Shown: positions 36,285 to 46,850 of the stretch, in pieces
Numbering within the stretch: position 1 is the first letter of the stretch
Layout: each line of letters opens with the position of its first letter
Assembly (NCBI GenBank): GCA_017481745.1
Contig: JAFUOV010000011.1
Location: 72,629-136,628, forward strand
Length of the DNA: 64,000 bases
Direction of reading: 5' to 3'
Source: Bacteroidaceae bacterium
Lineage (GTDB): Bacteria; Bacteroidota; Bacteroidia; Bacteroidales; Barnesiellaceae_A
Program-made: the position numbers and the translations under genes
Notes under the pieces: generated by a model
Seen by the model: only the letters and a program-made list of their open reading frames with translations
What the model was told of the DNA's origin: nothing
Databases searched by the model: none

Positions 36285-39200
36285 ATGATGAATAAGTTAT
36301 ATATTGTAATTCTTTTATTTGCAACAACAATCCTGTGTGCGCCGGCTCAGATGTTGCACACGACAGATGCTGCATCCGACTTTGACAAGGGTCGTGCAAT
36401 GTATATGAATGGCAATTTCTCGGGTTGCTTGGATATCATGCAGTCGCTGTTGCGACGCGATGAGGCTGCACCCTACTACGACGAGGCTGCCTTCTATGTA
36501 GCCATGTCGCAAGCACGCCGCAGTAGCGATTGCACCGAGATTGTGTTGGGTAAATACTTGCAAGAGTACCCATTTACGATACATCGTCATGAGATATTAT
36601 TGGCTCTTGGTAACTATTACTACAATAATGGCAACTATGCAAAGGCGGGCGATTGTTATAAAAACCTCGACCTGAAAAATGTCAATACCAGCGAACGCGA
36701 TGGCGTAATATATCGTACGGCTTTCTGCCATATCAAAGCAGGTGAGCAAAAGAAGGCTATGCCCTTGTTGAGGGCTTTGGCGCAAAACTCTGCCAAATAT
36801 CGCGACGAGGCGCGCTATTATGAGGGCTATATTCATTATGAAAACAAAGATTATAGCAGTGCCTACCGTAGCTTGTCGAGGGTAAATTCAAACTCTCGCT
36901 ATGGCTATGAAGCGCAATATATACTCACCAATATCGACTTCCTGAAGAGAGATTATGCCAAAGCTATTGCCCACAGCGAGCAGCTGCTCGATGCCGACTA
37001 CGACACCATACATGTGGCAGAGTTGCATCGGATAATGGGCGAGAGCCACTACCAACTGGGTAATGATAAAAAAGCAAACGAGTATCTTGCCAAATACTTG
37101 CAACGGACAAAAGCCCCTGCACGTAATACCTTGTATATGGCGGGTATCTTGGCGTATCGCAACGGCAACTATCCTCGCTGTATCGAGTTGTTGAGCCAAA
37201 CTGCCGATACGCTCGATGCCATAGGTCAGAATGCTTTGTTGCACGTAGGATTGTCGCACTTGCAACAGAAAGAGGTGCAGAAGGCTGCTCAAGCCTTTGA
37301 GAGAGCTGCCTTGTCGCAACAAGACAAGACGGTGCGCGAGGTGGCGTTATACAATCTGGCACTATGCTACTACGACAGCAACTTCTCGATGTTCGATAGC
37401 ACCATTTCGCTTTTTGAAAAATTTCTATCGGAGCATCCCACGTCGGTATATGCCGATGAGGTGAAAGTACGTCTATCCGATTTGTATATTCACTCACGCA
37501 ACTATAAGGCTGCGCTGAACTATATAGACAACATCAAGAAACCCTCTGCCGAGTTGTTGAAGAAACGACAAGAGGTGTTGTATATGATAGGTACAGAAGA
37601 GTTTGCCAACAACAGTATAAGCAGTGCCGGAGATTGGTTTACACAAGCCATCAAGGTGGGTAATTATGCGCCCGAATATCGAGCACGCTCTATCTATTGG
37701 TTGGGCGAGTGTTGCTATCGTAACAAAGCCTACAGCGCGGCACTGAAGTGCTACAATCAGTTCCTGTCGACACAAATAACCACCGATGCCGATATTGTGG
37801 CGTTGGCGCATTACAATGCCGGTTATTGTCATTTTGAAATGAACAACTACGATAAGGCACTCACGTCGTTCGATGTCTTTACCAAGCAAGCAAGCAATGC
37901 CGATGAGGCGCTGCTCACCGATGCCTACAATCGTATAGGCGACTGCTACTTCCACGACAAGGCATACGACAAAGCCAACGACTACTATGCCAAGGCATCG
38001 CTCTCTCGCGCGGGAGGTGGCGACTATGCTTTGTTGCAACAAGCAGTCATATCGGGCATAAACAAAAAGAACAAACAGAAAGTTGCCAAGTTGCAGCAAC
38101 TCATCAAGCTATATCCTCAATCGGAATACAGTGAGGAGGTTTACAACGAAATGGGACAAACGTACCTCGCCATGAACAAGTATAAGAATGCCATAAAAAC
38201 ATATCAAGAGCTTGTAGAGAAGTATCCCGAGGGATTGTGGGCACGAAGGGCGATGCTGCAAATAGGTTCGATTTATTACAATATCGACGATGTGGACAAC
38301 TCAATAGAGGCATATCGTGCGCTTGTAGAACAACATCCTACCAGCGGTGAGGCTAAAATTGCAGCCGAAGAGCTCAAGTCGATTTACATTGAGATAAACC
38401 GTGTGGGCGATTTGTCTGCCTTTATGCAGGATTATGGCGTTTCCTATCAGAAGAACGAGCTCGACTCGCTCACCTACTTGGCTGCCGAGCGTAGCTACAT
38501 AAAACAGGGCGAAAGCGAGCCTTTCAAAGCATATATAGCTCAATATCCGCAAGGAAATTATGTGGCTAATGCCTATTTCCACTTGGGCAATGTGGCAGAT
38601 GCTCAACCCAACGAAGATGAGGCGTTGCAGTGCTACCAAAACTCATTGGCAAGTAACCCCGTAAGTGAGTTTGCCGAGGATGCCCTCATTCGTTGCAGTG
38701 CCATCTTGTACGACAAGAAAGACTATACAAAGGCTGTCGAGTACTACAATCGCTTGGAGACTTTGGCATCAAGCATCGAGGTGCGCCAGTCGGCACGATT
38801 GGGTGCTATGCGTTGTTACGCATCGTTGCAACAGCACAAAGAGGTGATAGATGTAGCCAATCGTTTGTTGACCAACAGCAACCTCTCGCCCGAGATAAAA
38901 CAAGAGGCGTTGTATAGCCGAGCAACAGCCTATACCGCCCTTGCCGAGCATGGTAAAGCATACAACGACTATACGACTCTTGCTGCCGATACCCGCAGTG
39001 TATATGGTGCCGAGAGCGCTTATAAAGTGGCAGAATATCTCTTCGAGCACAATCAACTCGATAGAGCCGAGAAGGCTGCCAATGCCTTTGTAGAACAAGG
39101 TACGACACATGCCTATTGGATGGCGCGCAACTTTATCTTGTTGTCGGATATTTATGCTGCCAAGGGCGATAGCTTCACAGCGCAGCAATATCTTGTACAA

Positions 39201-39287
39201 CTGAAGGAGAACTATCCGGGCAAAGATGACGACATTGCCTCTATTATCGACGAAAAGTTGTATGCCTTAAATTTTCAACAACAATAA
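36285..39287 (+). CDS. Very large (1000 aa) TPR-repeat protein with signal/lipoprotein-type N-terminus
   Basis: N-terminus MMNKLYIVILLFATTILCAPAQ. TPR-like A..Y/..A..Y...P periodicity runs throughout. It starts 15 nt after the U32 stop. Confidence 0.7.
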   Translation: MMNKLYIVILLFATTILCAPAQMLHTTDAASDFDKGRAMYMNGNFSGCLDIMQSLLRRDEAAPYYDEAAFYVAMSQARRSSDCTEIVLGKYLQEYPFTIHRHEILLALGNYYYNNGNYAKAGDCYKNLDLKNVNTSERDGVIYRTAFCHIKAGEQKKAMPLLRALAQNSAKYRDEARYYEGYIHYENKDYSSAYRSLSRVNSNSRYGYEAQYILTNIDFLKRDYAKAIAHSEQLLDADYDTIHVAELHRIMGESHYQLGNDKKANEYLAKYLQRTKAPARNTLYMAGILAYRNGNYPRCIELLSQTADTLDAIGQNALLHVGLSHLQQKEVQKAAQAFERAALSQQDKTVREVALYNLALCYYDSNFSMFDSTISLFEKFLSEHPTSVYADEVKVRLSDLYIHSRNYKAALNYIDNIKKPSAELLKKRQEVLYMIGTEEFANNSISSAGDWFTQAIKVGNYAPEYRARSIYWLGECCYRNKAYSAALKCYNQFLSTQITTDADIVALAHYNAGYCHFEMNNYDKALTSFDVFTKQASNADEALLTDAYNRIGDCYFHDKAYDKANDYYAKASLSRAGGGDYALLQQAVISGINKKNKQKVAKLQQLIKLYPQSEYSEEVYNEMGQTYLAMNKYKNAIKTYQELVEKYPEGLWARRAMLQIGSIYYNIDDVDNSIEAYRALVEQHPTSGEAKIAAEELKSIYIEINRVGDLSAFMQDYGVSYQKNELDSLTYLAAERSYIKQGESEPFKAYIAQYPQGNYVANAYFHLGNVADAQPNEDEALQCYQNSLASNPVSEFAEDALIRCSAILYDKKDYTKAVEYYNRLETLASSIEVRQSARLGAMRCYASLQQHKEVIDVANRLLTNSNLSPEIKQEALYSRATAYTALAEHGKAYNDYTTLAADTRSVYGAESAYKVAEYLFEHNQLDRAEKAANAFVEQGTTHAYWMARNFILLSDIYAAKGDSFTAQQYLVQLKENYPGKDDDIASIIDEKLYALNFQQQ

Positions 39288-39302
39288 ACACCCTGAGCCG
39301 AC

Positions 39303-41012
39303 ATGAAAAAGATAGCCCTACTATATATCATCGCCCTATTGCCGGCAATCTCGTCGTTGGCACAAGACAGCGACACCTTGCAGCGTGCAGTTACTATCGT
39401 CAAGGAGTTTACCCCCATAGTGCGCGATGCCGAGAAGATAAATACAATGCCCTCGGTTGCAACACCTTCGTTCAATCGCGATTCGGTGCAATACAATTAT
39501 AATGCAACCTCGACAGCTGTACCTACTATAGCAACCGATGTGAATATACCTTATATACCCACACCTGCCAACAACGACCGCAAGTATCGTGGATATTTTG
39601 ATGTCGGTATTGGTAATTATCTTGCCTTGACAGGAAATGCCGGATATCACATTCTTGACACTCCGCATGACAAGCTCAATATCGGAGCGCAATTTACATC
39701 GTTAAATTGGGATGTGCCTATCAATAGTCATGCATCGGCTATCGGTGAGAGCCTTACCCGTCAGACATTCTATGATGCACGTGCAGGATTGCACTATGCA
39801 CACACTTTCGACAATAATATTTCGGTATCGTTGCGAGGCGCATATCGTTTCTTGGATTTCAATTATTACGGTGTGGCAGGTGTTGCTCCGGTGGGTAGCG
39901 ATGTGCATCCGTTCAACAGGGTTAATAACCTCTATGCCGAGTTGCAGATAGACAATAAAGAGGCGCAGCACTACGACTATGAGCATTGGTATGCTACTGC
40001 CGGATATAGCCTTTATCGCAACAAAAGAGGAGCTTATGTGCCCACGCCGAGTAGTGAGCATCATGCCTATCTGAAGGGTGGATATAGTTATATGCTCGAC
40101 CAATATTGGAGTGTAGGCGGTGTGCTCAATATCGACTATTTGCAGTATAACGGAGTGATACACCTCGATAATTCGCCCGAAACGCCGGGTTACGTACTCA
40201 ACACAAACAATGTTTTCATGGCACGATTGTTGCCTCATGTCGAGTATCGAAAAGACCGTTTCAACTTCCATGCAGGAGTAAAGGTAGATATCTCTGCCAA
40301 CGACAAGACAGTGTTCCGTTTTGCTCCCGATATACGCATGGATTGGGAGTTTCACGAGAATTATTTCTTACAAGCCAATATCGAGGGTGGCAAGAAGTTG
40401 CATACATGGCACGATATGTCGCAACAATGTATCTACTTTGATCCTTCATACCGAATACCTTCGACCTACTCGCCTCTCGATGCCAAGGTGGGCTTCCGTT
40501 TCCGCTTTATACCCGAGTTGTCGCTATCGGCGTATGCCGGCTATGAGGTGGCAGCAGGCGCATTGTTCCAATCGGTAGAGGCTTCGTCGCAAGCTATTGC
40601 ATGGCAAAGTATTGATGCCTCTTGTTTCAAGTTGGGAGCGCGTGTTGAGGCGTATGTTTTGCAATATGTTACATTGTCTGCCGATATTGCTTACCGCGAA
40701 TGGAAGCAAAAAAACGGCTCACTCATTTCGTACGACAAACCACGTTGGGAGGGTAATGCTCGAGTAACGATACATCCCCACAAACTTTTCGATATAGAGT
40801 TGGGTTATAACATGCAACTTGGGCGCGACTATGGTATATATGGCAAGCTCAACGATATACACAATGTGCAAGCCATGGTAACGTATCATCCCAATCAGTG
40901 GTTGTCGATCTTTGTGCAAGGCAACAACTTGTTGAATTGTAAGTATGATTACTACTACGGATTGCCTGCTCCGCGCATACAAGGCATGGTAGGAGCCGAA
41001 TTGAAATTCTAA
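39303..41012 (+). CDS. Outer-membrane beta-barrel protein (porin/TonB-receptor-barrel-like, no obvious plug)
   Basis: Signal peptide MKKIALLYIIALLPAISSLAQ. Alternating-strand pattern with aromatic girdles. The C-terminal strand GMVGAELKF ends in Phe. It starts 15 nt after the TPR gene. Confidence 0.6.
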   Translation: MKKIALLYIIALLPAISSLAQDSDTLQRAVTIVKEFTPIVRDAEKINTMPSVATPSFNRDSVQYNYNATSTAVPTIATDVNIPYIPTPANNDRKYRGYFDVGIGNYLALTGNAGYHILDTPHDKLNIGAQFTSLNWDVPINSHASAIGESLTRQTFYDARAGLHYAHTFDNNISVSLRGAYRFLDFNYYGVAGVAPVGSDVHPFNRVNNLYAELQIDNKEAQHYDYEHWYATAGYSLYRNKRGAYVPTPSSEHHAYLKGGYSYMLDQYWSVGGVLNIDYLQYNGVIHLDNSPETPGYVLNTNNVFMARLLPHVEYRKDRFNFHAGVKVDISANDKTVFRFAPDIRMDWEFHENYFLQANIEGGKKLHTWHDMSQQCIYFDPSYRIPSTYSPLDAKVGFRFRFIPELSLSAYAGYEVAAGALFQSVEASSQAIAWQSIDASCFKLGARVEAYVLQYVTLSADIAYREWKQKNGSLISYDKPRWEGNARVTIHPHKLFDIELGYNMQLGRDYGIYGKLNDIHNVQAMVTYHPNQWLSIFVQGNNLLNCKYDYYYGLPAPRIQGMVGAELKF

Positions 41013-41013
41013 A

Positions 41014-42477
41014 TCATATCTCTTTGCGAAGGCGTGCCACCGGTATGCCCAATTGTTCGCGGTACTTGGCAACGGTGCGACGAGCGATGGGGTAACCTTT
41101 CTGATGCAACAACTCGCACAGACGGTCGTCGGAGTAGGGGGCACTCTTATCCTCTTGTTCCACACACTCTTGCAAGATGTGTTTTATTTCGCGAGTAGAT
41201 ACTTCGTCGCCTTCGGCATTTTGTACACCTTCCGAGAAGAAGTGTTTGAGTGGATAGATGCCAAAGGGTGTCTGCACATACTTGGTGCTGGTTGCGCGCG
41301 AAATGGTAGATATGTCGTAGCCTGTCTTCTCGGCGACATCGCGCAGCACCATCGGATGCAGGTCGCTCTCTATCCCGGTGAAAAAGAACTCTTTTTGTAA
41401 CTCGACAATGGCTGTGATGGTGTCGAGTAGTGTCTTGCGACGTTGTTGAACAGCATTGACAAACCATTGGGCAGCATCCAATTTTTGCTTGACAAATAGT
41501 ATCGCATCGCGGCGCTCTGTGGTACGATTTCGCTTGTTGGCATTGTAATCTTCGAGCATCTCGCGGTATTGGCGGCTCACTGTCAGTGTAGGAATATTAC
41601 CACTGATGTAGTTGATAATCAGTTCACCATCTTGCTCATATACCTCAAAGTCGGGAGTGATGTGCTCTGTCGGTGATACATCGTCGTTCCAAGCACTACC
41701 GGGCTTGGGGTTGAGGTTGTTGATTTCGTGTATTGCATCGCGCAACTCCTCCTCCGAAACCTCAAGTTGCTTGATGATTTTGTCGTAATGCTTCTTGGTA
41801 AAGGCATCGAAAGCCTCGCTGATGATGCGATATGCAAGCATATTTGATGGTGTTCCGTTGCGGCGTTCAAGTTGCAACAGCAGGCACTCTTGCAGGGTAG
41901 AAGCACCTACTCCTGCCGGCTCAAAGTCTTGTATGATTTGTAGCAAATCGGCAATTTCGGTAGTCGATACATCAAGTCCGATTTGGAAAATAAGGTCGTC
42001 CGATATGGCATCGAGCGGGCGTTGCAGATAGCCGTTGTCGTCGATGTTGCCAATGATATACTCGGCTATATGAGTATCTCGCTCACTCAGCTTGCGTACA
42101 GTGAGCTGCTCCATCAGATACTCGTGGAAGGTAGAGCCTCCGCCTACGGGGGTATATTCGGGACGTTCTTCTGCTACGTAGCTGTTGCTACCAAAGCGAT
42201 AGTCGGGTATATCGTCTTCCGACGAGTAGTCGCCCAACGATAGTTGTTCGGCACTCTCGGTAGGCAAGCCGTCTTCATTGAGGTTTGTGTCGGGCGATAT
42301 TGTATCGTCGGTAGAACCATCTATAACTTCATCAATAGCGGGATTTTCTACCAACTCTTGTTTTATTCGCTCCTCCATTTCGGGCTCGTTAAGTTCCAAC
42401 AAGCGCATGAGCTGTATCTGTTGAGGAGACAGCTTCTGTTGTAGTTTTTGTTCTTGTTGTAGTGTTTGTCGAGCCAT
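41014..42477 (-). CDS. rpoN: RNA polymerase sigma-54 factor
   Basis: Gln-rich region I QQEQKLQQKLSPQQIQLMRLLEL and the RpoN box PIARRTVAKYREQLGIPVARLRK. 487 aa. Confidence 0.95.
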   Translation of the reverse strand: MARQTLQQEQKLQQKLSPQQIQLMRLLELNEPEMEERIKQELVENPAIDEVIDGSTDDTISPDTNLNEDGLPTESAEQLSLGDYSSEDDIPDYRFGSNSYVAEERPEYTPVGGGSTFHEYLMEQLTVRKLSERDTHIAEYIIGNIDDNGYLQRPLDAISDDLIFQIGLDVSTTEIADLLQIIQDFEPAGVGASTLQECLLLQLERRNGTPSNMLAYRIISEAFDAFTKKHYDKIIKQLEVSEEELRDAIHEINNLNPKPGSAWNDDVSPTEHITPDFEVYEQDGELIINYISGNIPTLTVSRQYREMLEDYNANKRNRTTERRDAILFVKQKLDAAQWFVNAVQQRRKTLLDTITAIVELQKEFFFTGIESDLHPMVLRDVAEKTGYDISTISRATSTKYVQTPFGIYPLKHFFSEGVQNAEGDEVSTREIKHILQECVEQEDKSAPYSDDRLCELLHQKGYPIARRTVAKYREQLGIPVARLRKEI

Positions 42478-42492
42478 TTGTTGTATCTGTTA

Positions 42493-44652
42493 TTATCTTT
42501 TGTGTGTATCAATGAGGGCAAAATCGAGTTGCTTTTTCTCAAGGTTTGCATTGGCAATACATACGCGCACAGCATCGCCCAAGCGGTAGATGCGGCGGGT
42601 GCGACGTCCTACGAGGCAGTAGTTCTTCTCGTCGAGCTCGTAGTAGTCGTCGTCGAGGTCGCGTATAGGCACCAAGCCTTCGCACTTATTCTCGTTCAGC
42701 TCTACGTAAAATCCCCACTCGGTTACGCCCGATATCACGCCATCAAACTCTTCGCCAAGACGGTCGCCGAGAAACTCTACTTGCTTGTATTTGATAGAGG
42801 CACGCTCGGCGTTGGCGGCAAGTTGCTCCATTTGCGACGAATGTTTACACTTCGATTCGATAGATTGTTCTACGGCACTGCGCCCACCGTTGAGATAGCG
42901 GTCGAGTAGGCGGTGTACCATCATGTCGGGGTAGCGACGTATGGGCGATGTGAAGTGTGTATAGTAGTCAAATCCGAGTCCGTAGTGTCCTATGTTCTCG
43001 GTTGTATATATTGCTTTCGACATTGAGCGTACAGCTATTGTCGAGATGAGATTTTCTTCGGGGCGACCTTTTATCTCTTGCAGCAATTTATTGAGCCCTT
43101 TTGACAGCTCTTTACCGTTGCTACGCAGCTTGGTGCGATAGCCAAATTTTGTTACAAACTTTGTGAGGTCGTTTATCTTTGAGGGATCGGGTACATCGTG
43201 TACGCGATATACAAATGTTTTGGCTTTCTTGCCCACCGGGGTATCTCCAACGGTTGTTGCAACGGTCTGGTTTGCCAGCAACATAAACTCTTCGATAAGC
43301 ATATTTGCCTCTTTGGCAACTTTGAAATATACACTTATAGGATGACCCTCCTCGTCAATCTCGAAGCGTACTTCCTGACGGTCGAAGCTGATAGAGCCAT
43401 TCTCAAAGCGGCGATTGCGTAACTTCTGTGCAAGGCTGTTCAGCACGAGTATCTCTTCCTTGTAGTCGCCTTCGGCACCTTCTATGATGGCTTGGGCCTC
43501 TTCGTAGGCATATCGACGGTTGGAGCGAATGATGGTGCGTGCTATGTGAGAGCGCTTGATGTGAGCGTTGTCGTCCATCTCAAATATACAAGAGAAAGCC
43601 AACTTGTCCTCGTCGGGGCGCAATGAGCAGATGTAGTTGCACAAACGCTCGGGAAGCATAGGTACGGTGCGGTCTACAAGATATACCGATGTGGCGCGTT
43701 TCTCTGCCTCTTTGTCTATAATACTGCCGGGTTGTACGTAGTGGGTAACGTCGGCAATGTGTACACCTACTTCCCACAATCCCGATGGCAGCTTGCGAAT
43801 GGAGAGAGCATCGTCAAAGTCCTTGGCATCGTGGGGGTCGATGGTAAAGGTTGTAACCGGGCGAAAATCTTCACGTCGAGCTATCTCGTCGTCGGGTATT
43901 ATGTCCGATATCTTTTCGGCTGCATTCTCCACAGCCTCGGGATAGCGATATGGCAAGCCAAACTCGGCAAGTATGGCGTGCATCTCGGCATCGTTATTGC
44001 CTACTTCGCCAAGGACATCTACAACCTCGCCTATGGGGTTTTTGGAGTGCTCGGGCCACTCGGTAATGCGTACAACGGCTATTTCGCCATCTTTTGCACC
44101 GCGCAGCTTGTTCTTCGGAATGAAAATGTCATTGGCAAGAGTCTTGCTGTCGGTGATGAGGAAGGCGTATTGCTTTTCGATATTCAATGTGCCGACAAAA
44201 GTGTTATCGGCTCTCTCGATGATTTGTGTTACTTCGCCCTCGGGCTCGGCATGACGTCGACGTGCAAAGACGTACACCTCTACTTTGTCGCCGTTAAGGG
44301 CGTGCATCGAGTTGCGCTCGGCTACAAAAATCTCTTCTCCCTCGTCGGTTACAATCTGATTTTTGCCGTTGTTGCGACGCTCGAAAGTTCCTGTTACGCG
44401 AGTGCCTCTATCTCTCTTTTTAAATCGACCGGGAGTCGTTTCGATGAGAAACTCTTGTTGTGCCATTGTTGTCAACACTTCGTAAACCTTCTGCTTCTGT
44501 GCCGAAAGCTTCAATCCGAGTTGTTGTGCAACTTGTTTGTAGTTATATTGTTTCTGTGGCTCGGCATTGAACAAAGCAACGATTTGTTGCATCAACTCGT
44601 TGATGTTCATGCGATTGCCCGATTTTTGATTTTTCTGCGACATACTTTTCAT
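42493..44652 (-). CDS. rnr: Ribonuclease R
   Basis: RNB-domain motifs TIDPHDAKDFDDALS and YTHFTSPIRRYPD. C-terminal S1 domain FDGVISGVTEWGFYVEL. 719 aa. It ends 15 nt upstream of the rpoN start. Confidence 0.9.
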   Translation of the reverse strand: MKSMSQKNQKSGNRMNINELMQQIVALFNAEPQKQYNYKQVAQQLGLKLSAQKQKVYEVLTTMAQQEFLIETTPGRFKKRDRGTRVTGTFERRNNGKNQIVTDEGEEIFVAERNSMHALNGDKVEVYVFARRRHAEPEGEVTQIIERADNTFVGTLNIEKQYAFLITDSKTLANDIFIPKNKLRGAKDGEIAVVRITEWPEHSKNPIGEVVDVLGEVGNNDAEMHAILAEFGLPYRYPEAVENAAEKISDIIPDDEIARREDFRPVTTFTIDPHDAKDFDDALSIRKLPSGLWEVGVHIADVTHYVQPGSIIDKEAEKRATSVYLVDRTVPMLPERLCNYICSLRPDEDKLAFSCIFEMDDNAHIKRSHIARTIIRSNRRYAYEEAQAIIEGAEGDYKEEILVLNSLAQKLRNRRFENGSISFDRQEVRFEIDEEGHPISVYFKVAKEANMLIEEFMLLANQTVATTVGDTPVGKKAKTFVYRVHDVPDPSKINDLTKFVTKFGYRTKLRSNGKELSKGLNKLLQEIKGRPEENLISTIAVRSMSKAIYTTENIGHYGLGFDYYTHFTSPIRRYPDMMVHRLLDRYLNGGRSAVEQSIESKCKHSSQMEQLAANAERASIKYKQVEFLGDRLGEEFDGVISGVTEWGFYVELNENKCEGLVPIRDLDDDYYELDEKNYCLVGRRTRRIYRLGDAVRVCIANANLEKKQLDFALIDTHKR

Positions 44653-44885
44653 CTCTTACAGATTGTCAATAAGACTATTTGTTGTACAAAGTAAGTGAAT
44701 TTTTTGCAAAGGCCGGCAGTAATTAATATTTTATAATATATGATGTTGTATCTGTAAGCATACTTGCAAGTGCCAGCCTCTCTCTTGTGTGTGGCTTCAT
44801 CTTGTAGTTTGGGTCTTTTTGTAAAAGTTGAGAGGCCGTACCAATGATGTTGATACGGCCTCTTGGGTATTTAATTGTAGTTATT

Positions 44886-46850
44886 TTATGCGTCGATGTT
44901 GGCGTATGTTGCGTTCTCTTCGATGAAGTCGCGACGAGGTGCTACCTCTTCGCCCATCAGCATCGAGAAGATACGGTCGGCCTCGGCGGCGTTTTCGATG
45001 TTTACTTGTTTGAGAATACGGTTCTCGGGGTCCATGGTAGTTTCCCACAATTGCTCGGGGTTCATCTCACCAAGACCTTTGTAGCGTTGTATCTCAATGT
45101 TTTCTTCTTTGCCTTCGCCGTAGTTAACAATGAATTGGTCGCGTTGAATATCGGTCCAGCAGTACTCCTCAACTTTGCCACGTTTGCTCTTGCACTTGTA
45201 TAGGGGCGGAGTGGCAAGATAGAGATAGCCTTGCTCGATGATAGGACGCATGCGACGGAAGAAGAATGTCATCAACAAAGTGGCAATGTGAGCACCATCG
45301 ACGTCGGCATCGGTCATGATGATGATTTTGTGGTAGCGCAACTTGTCGATGTTGGCAGCTTTGCTATCGTCTTCTGTACCGATTGTTACGCCAAGCGCCT
45401 TGAACATATTGCTGATTTCTTGGTTCTCAAACACCTTGTGGTCCATCGCTTTCTCTACGTTCAAGATTTTACCACGCAGGGGTAGGATGGCTTGGAACAA
45501 GCGGTTACGACCTTGTTTTGCCGAACCACCTGCCGAGTCTCCCTCGACGATGAATATCTCACACTCCTCGGCATTGCGCGATGAGCAGTCGGCAAGTTTA
45601 CCGGGCAATCCACCACCCGAAAGAGGTGTCTTGCGTTGTATCTTTTCGCGGGCTGCGCGGGCTGCATGACGTGCTTGTGCGGCAAGTATTACCTTGTCAA
45701 CAATTGTTTTTGCTTGTTTGGGGTGCTCCTCAAGATATTGTGAGAGGGCTTCGTTGATGGCTTGTTGCACAGCTCCTGCCACCTCGCTGTTACCCAACTT
45801 GGTCTTGGTTTGACCCTCAAATTGAGGTTCCATCACTTTTACCGAGATAACGGCTGTCAAGCCCTCGCGGAAGTCGTTGCTGTCGATTTCTATTTTTACT
45901 TTCTCAAACATCTTCGAGTCTTCGGCATACTTCTTGAGTGTGCGGGTAAGACCCATACGGAAACCGGTGAGGTGTGTACCACCCTCTATTGTGTTGATGT
46001 TGTTGACATAAGAATAGAGGTTCTCGGTAAACGATGTGTTGTAGGTCATCGCTACCTCAACGGGTATGCCTTGTTTCTCGGTTGTGATGTGTATAATATC
46101 TTCGATAAGAGCCTCTTTGCCATGGTTGATGTATTTGACAAACTCTTTCAGACCCTCTTGCGAGTAGTATACTTCGCTGTGTGGCTTGCCCTCTTCGTCG
46201 AGGCGACGACGGTCGCTGAGCGATAGTCTGATGCCAGCATTGAGGAATGCAAGGTCGCGCAAGCGGTGTGCCAAGGTGTCGAAGTTGTATTCGGTGGTCT
46301 CTTGGAAGATTGAGGGGTCGGGTTTGAAAGTAACGCTTGTACCTGTTGTGTCGGCAGTGCCAATGATTTGTACGTCGTGCATGGGCTTACCGTAAGAAAA
46401 TTCTTGCATGTGTACCTTGCCGTCGCGGCGCACTTCGGCACGCAAGTAGGTCGACAAAGCGTTGACACACGACACACCTACACCGTGCAGACCACCCGAT
46501 ACCTTGTAAGAGCCTTTGTTGAATTTACCACCGGCGTGCAGCACTGTCAGTACTACTTCAAGAGCCGATTTGCCCTCTTTCTCGTGAATGTCGACGGGGA
46601 TACCACGACCATTGTCGACTACGGTTATCGAGTTATCTTCATTGATGAATACTTCTATATGTGTGGCATATCCGGCAAGCGCCTCGTCGATAGAGTTGTC
46701 TACTACCTCATATACGAGGTGGTGCAAACCCTTTGCTCCGGTGTCACCAATATACATGGCGGGACGTTTGCGAACAGCTTCAAGACCTTCGAGTACCTGA
46801 ATACTATCGGCGGAATAGCTGCCGTTTTTCTCTTCCAATTCTTCTGACAT
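44886..46850 (-). CDS. gyrB: DNA gyrase subunit B
   Basis: YSADSIQVLEGLEAVRKRPAMYIG, GLHGVGVSCVNALS, EGDSAGGSAKQGR and PLRGKILNVEKA. The start is set at ATG 46850 (MSEELEEK...). Confidence 0.95.
   Translation of the reverse strand: MSEELEEKNGSYSADSIQVLEGLEAVRKRPAMYIGDTGAKGLHHLVYEVVDNSIDEALAGYATHIEVFINEDNSITVVDNGRGIPVDIHEKEGKSALEVVLTVLHAGGKFNKGSYKVSGGLHGVGVSCVNALSTYLRAEVRRDGKVHMQEFSYGKPMHDVQIIGTADTTGTSVTFKPDPSIFQETTEYNFDTLAHRLRDLAFLNAGIRLSLSDRRRLDEEGKPHSEVYYSQEGLKEFVKYINHGKEALIEDIIHITTEKQGIPVEVAMTYNTSFTENLYSYVNNINTIEGGTHLTGFRMGLTRTLKKYAEDSKMFEKVKIEIDSNDFREGLTAVISVKVMEPQFEGQTKTKLGNSEVAGAVQQAINEALSQYLEEHPKQAKTIVDKVILAAQARHAARAAREKIQRKTPLSGGGLPGKLADCSSRNAEECEIFIVEGDSAGGSAKQGRNRLFQAILPLRGKILNVEKAMDHKVFENQEISNMFKALGVTIGTEDDSKAANIDKLRYHKIIIMTDADVDGAHIATLLMTFFFRRMRPIIEQGYLYLATPPLYKCKSKRGKVEEYCWTDIQRDQFIVNYGEGKEENIEIQRYKGLGEMNPEQLWETTMDPENRILKQVNIENAAEADRIFSMLMGEEVAPRRDFIEENATYANIDA

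Noticed and set aside
43732-44694. A 320-aa ORF on the + strand, antisense to rnr.
   Set aside because: It is a shadow ORF. It has no recognisable motifs and an odd composition. The opposite strand carries full-length RNase R with RNB and S1 motifs.
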